From Iphione sp. A-MEVVRFRX5 (Eukaryota): a stretch of DNA of 64,000 nt. Shown piece by piece: positions 39,823-53,746 of the stretch (its first letter is position 1; every line of letters starts with the position of its first letter). Where the stretch lies: the NCBI GenBank assembly GCA_976226885.1, contig OZ320321.1, positions 60,326,001 to 60,390,000 of the forward strand, in the 5' to 3' direction. Made by a program: the position numbers and the translations under genes. A model generated the notes under the pieces. It was not told where the DNA came from. It saw nothing but the letters and a program-made list of their open reading frames with translations, and did no database searches.

Positions 39823-42800
39823 CAATGCATAATCCGCGTGTACCATAGAGTCCATGCATATGTAAAAAAAAAAAAAAAACAATCTAGAGCGTCAGTGCGA
39901 GTGTTATTTTTCTTCTCTTTTTATCTCATCATGCTTCGGCTCAGCGCAGTGTGTGGTGGGATCACAGAGGAGCCATCTAGCGGAAATCGGACAAAACGTT
40001 TCATTTTAACAAGTGCACCTATTTTGAGAGGTTTTCTTGGTGCTTTCTAATGGCCCTAGCGGGTTTCTGTAGTAAACAAGGGTACGCATACAATCAGGTG
40101 TTAGCTGTCATTTGTCAAAGGGCAGTAATGATACTGGTGAGCGACAGAGAGTTCATATACTGTGCACATTTATATCATCCTTAGAAGGATAATTTGACAA
40201 TAACAGGTCAGGTTCACCCACCATCAGTCCATGTACGTGGAATACAATGTACATGTATGCCTGGGCGATATGGCAAGAGTAAATACGATTTTAATGGTAA
40301 GTAACTCAAAACGTACTCTTGAAAAATTAAGTAAATGAATATTGATTACGGCACTATGAATGCTCAGAGGAAGTGAAGGTCCTCTACCAAGTGGAATATG
40401 GTTACAGTGGAAGCTCTGTACCACGGACAGCAACGTGACTGACCCAAAACTGTACATAAAGAGCGTTGTACTTAATAGCGGGAGTATTTAAACATGATTA
40501 TAAGGATCTGGTTGTGTTTGCAGCCTGGACATAATGTGGGATGTCCTTACTTTACAGGGGCTCCACTGTACACATCTGTCGAGTCATAGCAGCTGCTCGT
40601 TCATCGGCCCTACCTACCATTGGATCCTTTCACAAACGCCACATTTTTACAGACGTTTCGATTAGTCATACTCCAGATCGGATCCAAGATGGTGGCCGCC
40701 AGGGGGTGCGGGGGAGGGGCGAGATTCTTAAGGGACGAGCTCCAGTTGCGGGCGGCGCCATGATGGCAGACACCGATGGCGAGCCGTGATGCCAGGCAGG
40801 ATAAGGCGGCCTCGTGCCCTGAGCTGAGCAGACTCAGCAGATAGACTTCACCGTGAAGAGCGGGACGACGGTGATCTAACGCCCTGCTTGATTAGAACCG
40901 GCCGCTCAAGGCCGCCCGAGAGAGAAACTCCGACGACGATAAGTCCAAACTCGGCTCGCAACTGAGCAACGAATAGCTCATTATGGCAAACTTAATTACA
41001 CACACACACACACTGGGAGTGAAGGGGGACAAAAAAAACAACAACAACAACAAACCAGTCTTTGACGTTCAGATGAATGTTAACACTGTTGTTTTGTTGA
41101 TAAGCTGATTTGAAGTGCCTCGACAGAGTAAACCCTGCCCTACAACCTAGACTACAGTACCGAGTAAGGAGGCGGGGGAGGGGGGGCGGGACTTAAACCT
41201 TTGAAGATGGGATACGGTATAGCAATTGCTTGCTATCGATCACGGGCAAACCATGGCCAACCTATTTATTGACGCTGCTTTTTTTGTTCGTATGAAAATG
41301 AACGCCAACGGAACAAACATGAAATGTGATTAATGCACAAAATGCAAACCCAAATGCAGTTGTGTTACGATTCAATAAATGATTCAAGCAATTCAGTTAT
41401 TAGAAAACATACCAGCATATCGTTTGTGTCTAATTATATGATCAGAATTCCTGCAAAGAAATAGAGATTTGTTTAAGGAATGTAGTTTTAAAGGGCATCC
41501 AGCATGCACAGTCCTTTAACGACTGACTTCTGGTAAGTGTGGGCGTAATAAATTAATTATAGCGATAAAAAACAAACTATAATAATTAACATCAGGTAAA
41601 ACTAAGCATGTTTCCTTATTGTCCTCCTTTGAACAATGACTATCAGATTCAACATTTACGAATATACTTCAAAACAAGGCTACACAAATCAGGACTTCTT
41701 CACAGGAGACATACCAAGCACTCATTCACCGATTTGATCGTTTCCAGGTGCGGAAAAACATATTTATTCAGTAAGTACACGTGCTTACAGAAATTAGTTA
41801 AACTTACTAATTAATTACATAAACCTGCACATCACTTTATTTTCCTTTCTTTTCACGAGTGCTTACTGGGCTCATCTCTCTGACCAACATTTTTTATGCT
41901 GGTTTTCAAACGGCCCGTAAACCTCTATCACTGTGGTCAAACTGTTACTTCTCATATGGCATAATGTACATTACATAATAATGATCGAATCATATTACAC
42001 TGTTAGTTATTAATAACTACATGTACACTCGTAACCATTTGGTAGTATATACAAAGGTAAAAGGTAAACTAAACTAAATGGTAATGTACCGATAGGTTTA
42101 TAGTCACACCATTCATGTTAGTTCAATCTACAGTAGTGCTTTCTGGCACTTGGAGCTTAAACATCGACGTTAGTAGACACAACGGGGGAAAAAACAAAGA
42201 AGCCATTTTTCAATGAAGTATCCTTCTAATCGAGAATGGAATTGTCTTACTTAGTAGCTGGGTTTGGTCACTTCACACACATTTTAAATACCGTCTTCCT
42301 ACCGTTTGTAAACACCTAACGTCACTCAAGAGATAGTGATGGTCATTTGTACTTTCAGCGAGCAGAAACAGAAAGTGCCTACACTCATTGATTAGGGACA
42401 ACGTACAACGATAAACAGTCAGCTCAAGTCATTCCAAGAGCAGCTGACGAATGCGCTACTTATCAGTCTGACGTGCACTTGTTTGTGGAATACGGACGTG
42501 TCGTCCTCACCACTGTCCCCCAAACCAGATCATCCTCATGTCGCTTTCTTTTCGTTAAAAAGAAAAATGCAGCTGGATTTTAACGGATGGTGCGCATTTA
42601 GTGGAAATAACTAAGTTTTGGAAAAAGCAAGTTTTACTGCCTCGAACGATGAGGGCAGAGCATGAACTGGGTAGTACAGGATGGGGGAAGGACGAACTGG
42701 CAATGAGAGCGAAACACCGGTAAATTCGTGCCCTCAATGACACAACTGTATTGAATTCACACTAGAAGCCTGCATTTTGAGTTACAACATATGCTGCCAG

Positions 42801-45337
42801 AGGACTAGGAAAGTGACCGCCAACCGACACCATCTGAGTTGGTGTTACATTGTGCTGACCTGCCAGGTCTCTCATCAATATTAACAAGGTCTGAGCTCTG
42901 CCAGGAGAAGCTTTCCTAAGGGACTCGTAGCCCTCATGCCATGCATAGTGTAGAGCTCTTTTGAAGTGATAAACATCCAAATTAAATACGGGTGAGGGCA
43001 TTTACTCTAATGGACTCTACCCCTTCTCCCATCAGCTTGATCAAGTCCATACCTTCATGCCGATTCAGTTAATTAAATACAAGTCCGAGATCAGTGAGGC
43101 ATTGGGCAAACTAATATTTACACGAATACCTATCACATGCGGAAATGCTGCTCAAAACCCGAGATTTTCCTCTACTGACTGCCTGGAAAGATGACACGAA
43201 TTCATGCAGTTAGTTTGCTAGTGTTAACCATGAAAAAACACAACTTGAACCATGTCTTTAATCCAGGCGTGAAAGGGGTTCCCTGGCCTTAATTCTATGA
43301 CAGGTCATCTACAGGTTCATTCACCAATGAAATATTAGTCTTTTTTTTTTGGGGGGGGGGGGTGACTTCAAACCTCAGAGTTCTCGGTCGCATCACACAT
43401 GAAAGACGTTACCACGTATTGCAGTGAAATACTGGTCATTTTGATGAGAACCCTATACATATATGTCTCGGTAACACCAATGTACCAGACTAAAAATTAT
43501 TGTCAAACTGAGAAATAACCTAGTTCAGAACTTCTATCGGTCATTTGTTTTCACTTTAGCTCAACTAACATCCCCTAAATTTATGTGTATATTCTGCTTG
43601 TGTTACATGAAACAAAGTTGCAATGTCTGAACAAAAAATCATATTACAAATGAATTTTTGGTGAATAAATATGACTGCAGAGAAAACATGGTCTGAAGAT
43701 TAACTCAATTTGCTAAGTGATTTCTTACTAAAAGGAAAGAATGCCGGGTTAGTATAAAAGGTTAGTACTAAGGAGGGAATACTCTCCCGAAGCACAACCA
43801 AAGTCCCACACAGAACAGAAAGAGAAACTGGGTGATACCTACAAGTGCCATTATACTCCTTCAACATACATCTGCTGCCAACATAAGATCTATAAAACAT
43901 AAAAGAGGTGCTGTCTCAATTAATGGAACTATCGCATACCTTGAGATCACCTAACTGCTGCCAAGGACTTGTCTTTCATCAAATGGTTTATACGTACACA
44001 GATGTATACGACTGAGCGCCAAATGTACGAGCACTCTAAGTATCCACTGTGACCCGTTTCTGACAGGAATACACTTCTATACTTCTGGCGAAGTGCGTTC
44101 TTATTTTACGTATAAATTCATACATGTATATACTGCAAGCAATGTCACATTTACAAATGTTGGCATATTATATATACTGCTACATAAGTATCTTAATCAT
44201 CCTTAGGTCGTGTGGAGATACATGTACATGTGCATGTATTCAATAACCACGTTACACCCTCAGTCACTCTCGCGGCCCCTTTGTGTTTCCCTCATATCAC
44301 GGCGTCTCTGTCAGTCCGGTCTATTGGTGGAGCTGCTGGGAAGAGTATGTGCGTTTTTTCTCCATTGCTGCTACTGTTTTGTAACGACACTCAATCTAAG
44401 GTACCACACAAAATCTGGAGTCAAGACATTTCCTCCACGATAAAACGGTAACTTTCCTGGGAGGATACTACCAGTCAGTCAGTCAGTCAGTCATACAGAC
44501 AGAGAGACAGACAACTTGAGATGAAGAAAGAAGGCAAGGGGGGGGGAGTGGCTGGGGTCAATGTTTAAGGTAAATGCATATTACTGGGGGCAGAGATGAT
44601 GAATTCTTTCCTCGATCCTAACCAGACCAAAATGTAAGGAATATCGTGGGAACCAGTTCAAGGAGGTGGAATACCTTAAGTTTAGTAGAAGATTATCACG
44701 CCATAAATACAGACACATTGTCTGTATTTCTACCTGTCTCTCCCACACCCCACTCACTCCCCCCACACACACATTCATACATAGCCAAGCCAGCTCATCA
44801 TCTTGCCTTGCGCCTGGCAATATGTGTCAACAGCAGGTGACATTCTCTCACTAGATACCCGTATTTCAATTGCTGACTTAACTACAGAAGGTATTATGCA
44901 ACTGTTAACTGCACAGAGAGGGAGAACAGAAGCTAATTTTTTTTTTTTTTTTTTTTTTGGGGGGGGCAACATTATGCAAACAATTTCTCTCATATAGCGT
45001 TACATCTAGTAATGTACAAAATAACGGCCTCAGACAGAAATCTTTTGATTTACTATTTTTGCCTTTCTAGATATACTCTTCATACAGTTCCATGTCAACT
45101 AAAATTCCAAAATGCTCAATTCACGAAAAATCTGTGTAATAAGACAAAGAATACATAGTGCTTAGGCCCAAACTACTTACATGCAAATGTATCATTCCGT
45201 GAGTCGGTTATTACAGGTGTATATAACATGACTATATATAGCATCACTACTGTAATTTGGTATTTAGAGATAATGATGTGGCAAGGTTGTTGCCAGACAG
45301 CAATTTGTACCAAGATGACAATTACCAGATTTATACT

Positions 45338-45342
45338 CTGTC

Positions 45343-45389
<47 letters not shown>
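45338..45389. repeat. (TCTG)n microsatellite
   Basis: Direct reading. Confidence 0.95.
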
Positions 45390-45391
<2 letters not shown>

Positions 45392-46783
45392 GAAACTGCC
45401 GAGACACCATGTACACGGACATGCAGGGATACCTCTATCAACGAAGTAGATGGGGTCTTAGATTTCCGTTCGTTGTGAAAAAAACTTTGTCGGAGGCACG
45501 TCATTCCAGGAGGAATTTCCACTCAATTTTAATGGGTATGTACTTACAAGTTATTTATCTATGTAACAGCATGGATGTATTAGTAATCTTTCTTTTGAGT
45601 AAATTTCAAACGAATGACTTTCTGACAAGTAGCCTATGGCCGCAAATTACAAAGATATGGCCAACTTGATTATAGAGAAGTTTTGTTTGAAGGGGATTTG
45701 TTAACAGAGGTATACCTGTACATGTTTGCATGTGTATATGCACCACGTGACACCAGGAAATATGCACATTTCGGGGATCGTCTGCAAAGTTTAGCTATCT
45801 ATAGTTCAATATTACATCTGTGTCTTTTGCCACCGACAAGAACTAAGCAGCAATATTACCTGAGTCAGTGAGTTGCACTATAATTATACATCACGAGTAC
45901 CACTCGCGTGTTTATATGCAGCGCGCGAGGTTCTTAGATATACTTTTTTAGGCTCAAGCTCTATCAATAACGAAATTTTTTCTGGTGCAATCTAGAAACT
46001 GTTTGCATCTTACAGTCTATGATGAAAAATATTACAGCAATAGATAGTGAGATGTTGTTAAGTCACAGCGAGGTTTACAGATATCCAAAATATGATTTAA
46101 CTTATAAGCTTTCTATATAATTCTACATACTTCCAAGTATTCGTACCTGGCAATCCCTAGAGCTAGACATTCAACCTCAATAACTAATGGCAGTGTACTC
46201 CATTCTAATCTTGGAATCTATGTTCAAAATTTGTCAGCAAAGCATAGCGTTCGAAGTTGAACCTACAATATCACAATTCGTTTGTTCTCAGGTGCTAAAT
46301 ATACAAAACATCAATGTTAAGTTTAAAATGTGTCCTGTGCTCTTTACCCACCTGCAGCAGTACATCTGGCAATGCCAACGGTTCACAAATTCAGACAGTT
46401 CTGATGTGATCGACTACCAACAGCATCTTGCCGGTAAAACACTTGAGCAAAATTTTGTGATTTTAGCGCTAATACTCGGATTCTGAAGCAAATTCTTGAA
46501 TATAGCCTAATGATGGGGGCACTTTGTGTAAAGGATCATCAAAAATCGACTTTATTTTAGCAGTCATATGACACTTTCAACGCGTTGACAGATGACTTGT
46601 CAGACGGGCACAGGACAACTGACAGAACCACCCCCTTTCTGTTTGACTTAATTCTACACAGCAAGGCTGACACAAATAAATTTTCTCTCTGTCCACTGAA
46701 CCCTTTCATACAAACCTATTATAGTAGTAAATTTGAAATTAACAAAATATAAACAAGACGGCATCTGTACCCATCAAACCTAC

Positions 46784-46786
46784 CAT
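46784..46786 (-). CDS. VPS26: Probable VPS26 exon 1 coding part (ATG only)
   Basis: The minus strand reads cagcgaaATG|gtaggt: purine at -3 and a strong donor. It supplies the phase-0 Met missing from exon 2. As recalled, vertebrate VPS26A also has an intron right after the ATG. Not confirmed by transcript data. Confidence 0.6.
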
Positions 46787-47061
46787 TTCGCTGAAAGGGA
46801 TTCCTCTTCGGTAAAAATAAATATGGCGATAGGGCAAGTACACGTGACCAGGTCAAATCTCGTTTACGCAGAATTGTTTTCGCAAGTCAAATTTATGAAT
46901 AAATGCGGTCGAACTATCGGTTATTAACATAATCGATATGAAAATGTGAAATAAAGTAATTTCAATTTTTTTTGTGAATCAAACTATGAGGCGAGATTAC
47001 CTACATCCGCGAAGCATTACTGACCGGCATTCCCAGGTAATCAAACAGCAGGCCAGTTCAG
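46787..47061. promoter_or_regulatory. Putative bidirectional promoter and first exons between VPS26 (-) and the snRNP gene (+)
   Basis: Lies between the ATG|GT donor (-) and a + strand donor ttcag|gtaaga at 47062. Contains CACGTGAC (46841-46848; E-box/CLEAR-like) and AAATATGGCG (YY1-like). Confidence 0.5.
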
Positions 47062-47784
47062 GTAAGAATCTGGGAAAATCCTGTGTTAACGTTTTGCATC
47101 ACATGTAGCCATTATTGTATTGACATTCTCTACATCGGTATCTGCTTAAATATGAACATTTGTTGTACTTATACCACTTCAAAATGAATTCATCGTTGGC
47201 TCTTTGTGCCGATGTTAAATCCTCTATTGTCGCTCTGGTCGGCAAGATCAATTCCAGGTTGTTTCTTTGATTCTAAGGTTAATTTAATTGCTGTTGCCGT
47301 GCCTTTCCATTTTTACAGCAGTCGCGAAGTGAAATGTTTATGAAATTTTGTAGTGCATTAATCGAATGAGGCAGCAGTGTGGCAATGGGATTCGTCCCCG
47401 CTACGTTTGGAGCAGCTATGTACATGTATATTGTCCTGTTTTCCCCGTGAAATCCAATACTTGACTAGGCAAGACTGCTCCAAACTACGTTTATGGGTGG
47501 TATTATCTATTGTGTACATTGTAGAAAACACGAACCGGTATATAGTGTAGGGGTCAGGTTTTTGTATGTATACTGTACAGTGTGTATTTCTATAAAATTA
47601 ATGCTTTCACATTCATCATACATAGTAACATAGGACAACGTTTTGTCAACTAGACCGTTTGCACTGGACATTTCACATGTTTTTGATGATTCTTCAACAG
47701 GGAGAGTGGCGAAACTTTACGTGGTCATTGAATCCTTAATAATGGCTCGTTTTCTCCTTAGAGCCTTACCTTTCGTGTGAATTT

Positions 47785-50027
47785 CAGTGTTGCCACAACG
47801 TACTTTTTTGAAAGAACAGTACTTTTTTTTCACAATTTCAGGATTTTGTAATTTTTGTACTTTTTTAAAAGTTTTGTACTGTTTTTACTTTTTTTCATCA
47901 TTTCACAAACTCTTTTCAAGAAATCTAGTATTTTTGTCCTTTTTTTGTCCTTTTACAAAAACTTCATCTGCTAATATGGGATTCTGGTCTCTCTCCATAT
48001 TGAGTGTTGACAACTGTTTGCCATGACAACTATATTTCCAGTGCTTTCTTTAGAGGACACCTAGCCTCAAGGATATTTTTGTTGAGTAACAGAATTAGTC
48101 TGCCATCAGTGTTTGAAATTAAAATTTCAAACAGTGCATCCACTGGGCCCTAAGCTTTGATATATACATACATGTGAAAATATTCCTATGTACTTTTCAA
48201 AACAAAACACTGTCAAAATTATTTACACTGTCTAGGAGTATGCTTCTTCCAAATGTATATCTGATGTCAAAATGTGAATACCAGGTTCAGGTTGCAGGAT
48301 TAATTTTGAACACTACTGAAGGGAGTTGTTTATAGTTAGATTGGAACAACATTCAAAATGTATCAGGCAATAAAAATTATGACTAGAGAAAAACAAATTT
48401 CCAACCCTAGGGTTAATGCCACACTGCATACATAATATACATGAAAATAGAGAAACATAGATAGATTATAAGGCATTTGCTATCACTTGGGACTGAAGTG
48501 AAATAAAACACCAAGGATTGAAAGAACTGGACCACCAATTTGCATTTGAAGGACTAGTGAGTGTCAGTCATCCTTCTAGCACAGTTCCTCATCAGATGAT
48601 GGCATGGAAAAACCAAATTCATCATTTTATACACCTTCCTAATGTAAAACTACCTTGCACCACTCAAATGAACAGTGGATCTCTAGATATTATTTCACAA
48701 AGTTTTGGGTTGCTGCCTCATTGGAACTGGATGAAAATCCTATCCTATTTTTAGGAGTGCTATGGGCATATCAAAACCCCAATGTCATCAGATATTTAAG
48801 TCATCATTTTCATTACAAACAACTGATGCAAGATACAGATTGAAAAATCTGTGTACACAGAATAAAGATCGAGGACCAACCTGACTTGTGCCAAGTCATA
48901 CATAAAACTTGTTACTAAGTGTGTGGTGTCTAGTGCACAGGAGAATATTCACATGTACTATAAAACCTTGTTTTTTTTTAATTAAACATGATCAGAGAAC
49001 TTGAAGTTGATAAAGTGTAAAGGCAAGAGTGTCAGATTATAACTACTGAATGGCATTCATGCTCATGCATCCACTTATACTTATATTTATTTCATATAAG
49101 TAATTTGGTGCTCAGAGCAAAAGTAGGAGTTTATTTAACAATATAATACCAGTAACAAGTACAGTTGCCTCTGTCTAAACCAACCAGCTGAGGGACTGAA
49201 CAAAAGTAGTCACCTAAGCCATTGATTAGGGGGTCAAACCACAAAATGAAATCCCTCTCAACCTCTCTCTACAAAGTAAATAATGTCCTAAAAGTGCTGA
49301 ATTTGATGGGTAAAAGTAAAAAAAAAAGTTCTAAAAGTGCTTTTTGTTAGGGTCACTTGAGGGTCTCCTGTCACCTATAGTGTGGATGGCCACCAAGTTC
49401 TCAGGCCAGAAACACTGAAACAGCATGGGCAACTGTCACTTGAGGGTCTTCTGTCGCCTACAAAGCAGATGGCTACTGAGTTTTCACATCAGAAACACTC
49501 CAAATACACAGGCAACCTGGGCTTGAAGTTCCAGTGTCACCTACAAAGTGCTGAATAGTTGCCTCAGGCAACCACAAATCTTCATGTTGTACTGAAAATA
49601 GTGATCTTATTGGCCAAGGGGACTGGTGGCCCTTGATGGAGGCTGTCATATAGAGAATGTACTGAAGTTTGATTCATTCTGGGCAAAAGTAATCATCCTT
49701 GGCGAGTGGTTGCCCTACCCAAATGGTCACAGGGTAAGAGTGTACTGTATTAATAAAACTTTTTTTTATAACCATCTTATAACCAAGAAAACTTCACCAA
49801 GGCGACAGGTGTCATAGCAAGACTGGACTGAAACACTCAGTATGTTGTGAGAGACATGTCATTCACTTTTTGACCTAATGCAAGTATTTTCCCGATTTAA
49901 TGTGTATTAAACTTCAGTGAGGGAAGTTATGAAAGTGTACTTCTTTTGTACTTTTTTCAAGCTCATTTTGTACTTTTTAAAAATAATTTCTGTACTTTTT
50001 TCTGGCAAAGGGTCCGTGGCAACACTG
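47785..50027. mobile_element. hAT-like DNA transposon (2243 bp, non-autonomous or degenerate) with 6-bp TSD
   Basis: 12-bp TIR CAGTGTTGCCAC; subterminal GTACTTTTT repeats at both ends; GAATTT duplicated at 47779-47784 and 50028-50033; internal ~80-nt repeats at ~49350-49560. Confidence 0.82.
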
Positions 50028-50966
50028 GAATTTGTTGCATTAAAACCAGACAACTATAAATGGGTGTTTTGGGCTTGAGACGACAGACTAGCTCAAGTTG
50101 GTTAGCCGGCGGGGAGTCACAGGAGAGGCAAAGTAACAGGCCTGTTGTAGGTGATGGCCCCTTAGATGATAGTTTCTTTATTAATCGCTGCCACCACAAT
50201 AAAAGGCATCTGGTAACCATGTGGTATTGTGTCATCATGCATTTCTATGAGGGATTTACGCACATCACACCATGAAAAGTACAGCAGACATGTTAAGCCC
50301 AGCTTACTAATGCCTCCTGCACCCACTCACCACACAAAAGGTACAAACAAAAAATTTATGACATACGGATATAACCTACCACCTCACTACCACCTCCCCT
50401 ACCCAGGCACCATACCCAGAGTGCAATAAAAAGAAATTTAAACCTATACCCTGCTTCCCACCTCACTACCACCTTCATTGAAATATATTCTTTTATTATG
50501 CTCGTTGGAAATCTGCCTCGTTGAACAACTGAATACCACCCATAGTTATTGTATCTATCCCACCATCTGGTTACACTTTTCTTACGCCCATCCACTACAC
50601 ATAATAGAAAACAAAAAGTTTCAGTCCCATGCATAGGCTTCCTACCTTATCATACCACCCTACAGGGACTAGAAATTGGATAACTCATGCAATGCAATAG
50701 GCTTACCACCTTTTCAACAACCTTAAGTCTCCCCCCCCCCGGCTCCCCTTCCACTACATGTAAAGTGGAGAACAATTTTTTATTCCCGTACATCGGTCTC
50801 GTTCCCTTCCTATTACGCCACTGCACCTTCCTCGACTTCCTGTGGATCTCCCCAGTGAGAAATATCTGTCCTACATTTTCTCACCTCCTAGCTACATCTG
50901 GACTATTTATTGATTTATTGATTTTTTTTATCTTGCAGGTGCACCAGGCCGTAACAGTCAATCACA

Positions 50967-51030
50967 ATGGATATCCGACCGAACCACACCATCTATATCA
51001 ACAATCTAAATGAGAAAATCAAGAAAGATG
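50967..51030 (+). CDS. SNRPA: SNF/U1A-U2B'' first coding exon
   Basis: MDIRPNHTIYINNLNEKIKKD; the exon starts at 50939 after ttgcag; donor |gttcgt. Confidence 0.95.
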
Positions 51031-51316
51031 GTTCGTACCCTATTCCAGATACTTCGTAAAATATAAACACAGAGTAAACACATAACATGGTTAGAAATAT
51101 GCCTATGGGAGATGCTTCGTATATAAAGATGTGTTTTCAGTAAATTGTAATCCTTCAGTCGTTTGCTCATCCATATTCATGTCTGTCATCGCCAGTTGAG
51201 AAGGCGGTCTTCTTATTTTGGTTCTATTCGTATTTGCTTATTCGTGTTATTTTGCTATGTTCTAAAATCAATACATGTGCTATTTTCTAAAATAAATGAA
51301 TTACGTTTTCTTGTAG

Positions 51317-51489
51317 AACTGAAGCGATCCCTGTATGCCATCTTCTCCCAGTTTGGACAAATTGTGGATATAGTTGCCTTGAAGACCCTAAAGATGAGAG
51401 GCCAAGCTTTCGTCATTTTCAAAGACATCAACAGTGCCACTAACGCACTTCGATCAATGCAAGGATTTCCATTTTATGAAAAACCAATG
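51317..51489 (+). CDS. SNRPA: SNF/U1A-U2B'' coding exon 2 (173 nt; RRM1)
   Basis: (E)[57 protein letters not shown]; ttgtag| and |gtgcgt junctions. Confidence 0.98.
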
Positions 51490-51944
51490 GTGCGTTGACT
51501 CTTTTTAGGCAGCCCTTTTGTGCTATGTACTAATAGTAAGAGGAAAGAAAAGTGCACTTGTGTTGCCAAAGAAAAATTGTAATACTACAGTAAAATCTTG
51601 GTATATCCATGTATAATAAGTGCATGTACTTGTCACCCAGTGCTGACAGTCCATAATTCGTAGGTAGAAGTCACCCCTGACACGGCAGATAAAAAGGTTG
51701 AATGTCACAATGTAGAGTTTGACTCCAGAGTAAAGGTCATATCCTGTAGGCACGCACATGATTCATCTCTGTCCATCACTCCACTACAGATTTTGTGAGC
51801 TGACGAAATCACAAGGTAGACAAGTGATGTTATAATAGAAATATCTTTACGAAAATAATCATTTGATACATTGCTACATACCTAACGTGTACTCATTAAA
51901 TGACCATAACTAATGAAAAACTCGTATTATATGCCTTATTGCAG

Positions 51945-52099
51945 AGGATATCCTATGCAAAGAAAGATTCAGATGTGATTGCGAAAATGAAGGGGACCTT
52001 TGTCGAGCGACCCAAGAAGAAGCGTAGTGAGGAAGAGCAAGCGGGTGGTGGAAACAAAAAGAAAAAGAAGGCAGCTAGCCAACAGCCTCCTGTACAGAG
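51945..52099 (+). CDS. SNRPA: SNF/U1A-U2B'' coding exon 3 (155 nt)
   Basis: RISYAKKDSDVIAKMKGTFVERPKKKRSEEEQAGGGNKKKKKAASQQPPVQ; ttgcag| and |gtgagt junctions. Confidence 0.97.
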
Positions 52100-53746
52100 G
52101 TGAGTAAAACTCACACAGTTGACCGATTACCAACAAGATTTTAACCATTCGGAACAACGTTGTTTTATCACATGTGTACAACTGACTAATCAAGTGTCAT
52201 TGGTAACGTATAGAAACATACAGTTCTTGTAGCCTCATTTTGAAGTTTACATGAAGCAGCGATCATATGCAGGGAAAAAAACGCGCAAAAATGTTATTTT
52301 GTATAATGATGTCTGTAGGCGATCAGTCAAGTGGACTACAGGACTGGACTGGACTACATGTACTTCCTCACGGAAATCACACCATCGCTTTAAGGGCTTT
52401 CAGTAACCTGTGTTATTATGCGAATAGGAAGATCATAGATGTTAATCAGTGGAGGTCATATCTGCCTATAGTGGTGTGGTGTGAAAGCGGATGATATGAC
52501 CTCCACTTAATGCAAGGAGGGGGGGGGCGTAGTCCAGTTGTAAAAGTGGGAGGAGCTGGTTCTTTACTGCCTGAGCTTCTCTGAGCCGGCACGTAAGGGT
52601 CTTAGATCACATCTGACTAAGGAATGGGTGGGAGAAATCAGTGACCTGGTGTCTGGAGGTGATTGACAGCCCGTGCAGGCCATGGGTAGGGTGGGAGCAC
52701 ACTCCACCAGGCCGCCTCGTGGTCCCCCGAAGCAGTCTTCACCACAATTTAAAATATGTACCTACACGTATTGGTGCATGCATACATGTGAGATGGTCAT
52801 GTGAGCAGGTGCAGCCATACATTAAATGGACTAAGGAACAAGAAAATGGCCTGTGTAGTGTGGAGATTGCTACCCTGTTATGACACAAAGAATGTTGTTG
52901 TCATGCCTCCTGTCTTGGTTGCTTAGATACTTTTGTTGACAAGAAATAGTTCCTATTTTCGTTTTTTGGGGGGGGTCAAATTGTGCAGGGGTCTTAGAAA
53001 GCATACATGAGTGGACACTTGATGAATGGAATCTGAAGTAAAAACAGTGTGTATGAGGCTTGACGGTGAGGGTTTGGCCCCGGGGGGGGGGGGCTATAGA
53101 CTTTATAGGTCCATGCTCTTATAAATTACAAGATATTTATAGGTAACAGGTGACATATTTAGAATGAGACCGAGACTTGGAGGGCATTTGATGTTTAGGC
53201 CGTTAAGAGTAGTACTGCAACAGAACTTAACCCAGTCTGCAGGAATGAAATGAATTTGGACTTAACAGCTGGTTTAACTCGTTAAGTAGATTGAGAACAA
53301 ATAATTTTTGGGTCATCATAACATTTTTTTTTTCAAGAAAACTGGTTGAAAGAAATGCTTCCCCATATAGTATAGCTAGACACTGACAGGGAGTTGGCAG
53401 AAAACCGGGGGCAGGGTCGAGAAGCAACGAAATAAAGATGAGAGATGAAAGACCCCGACTGACGGGGAGTAGAGGAGAGACAGACAGACAGGGCACTAGA
53501 GAGACGCCAGGGAGGGAAGAATGGAAGAGAACAGTGAATGAGATGAATAGGAGAGAAAGTAATCCGAGAATTCAAGAATAATGTCTTAATGACAAAGGTT
53601 TATTTTTTTCTTAATGACAAAGGTTTTTTTTTTTATTGTTTTAGTCCTTTCACCACTGCGCGTTGTACATGACGAAGAGTCAGACATGATTAGCATATCT
53701 TGTAGTCGGTTTTCTCATGATTTTGTCCTTTTCGTCCATGTCGCAG

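Noticed and set aside
46347-46484. Minus-strand exon-like segment (cag|...|gtgggt) just downstream of the putative exon 1
   Set aside because: All three frames contain stops and there is no other support. At most a poison or non-coding exon.
52670-52685. Possible micro-exon (cag|CCCGTGCAGGCCATGG|gtaggg) in the SNF intron
   Set aside because: No polypyrimidine tract, and 16 nt would break the frame. Exons 3 and 4 already join in phase.
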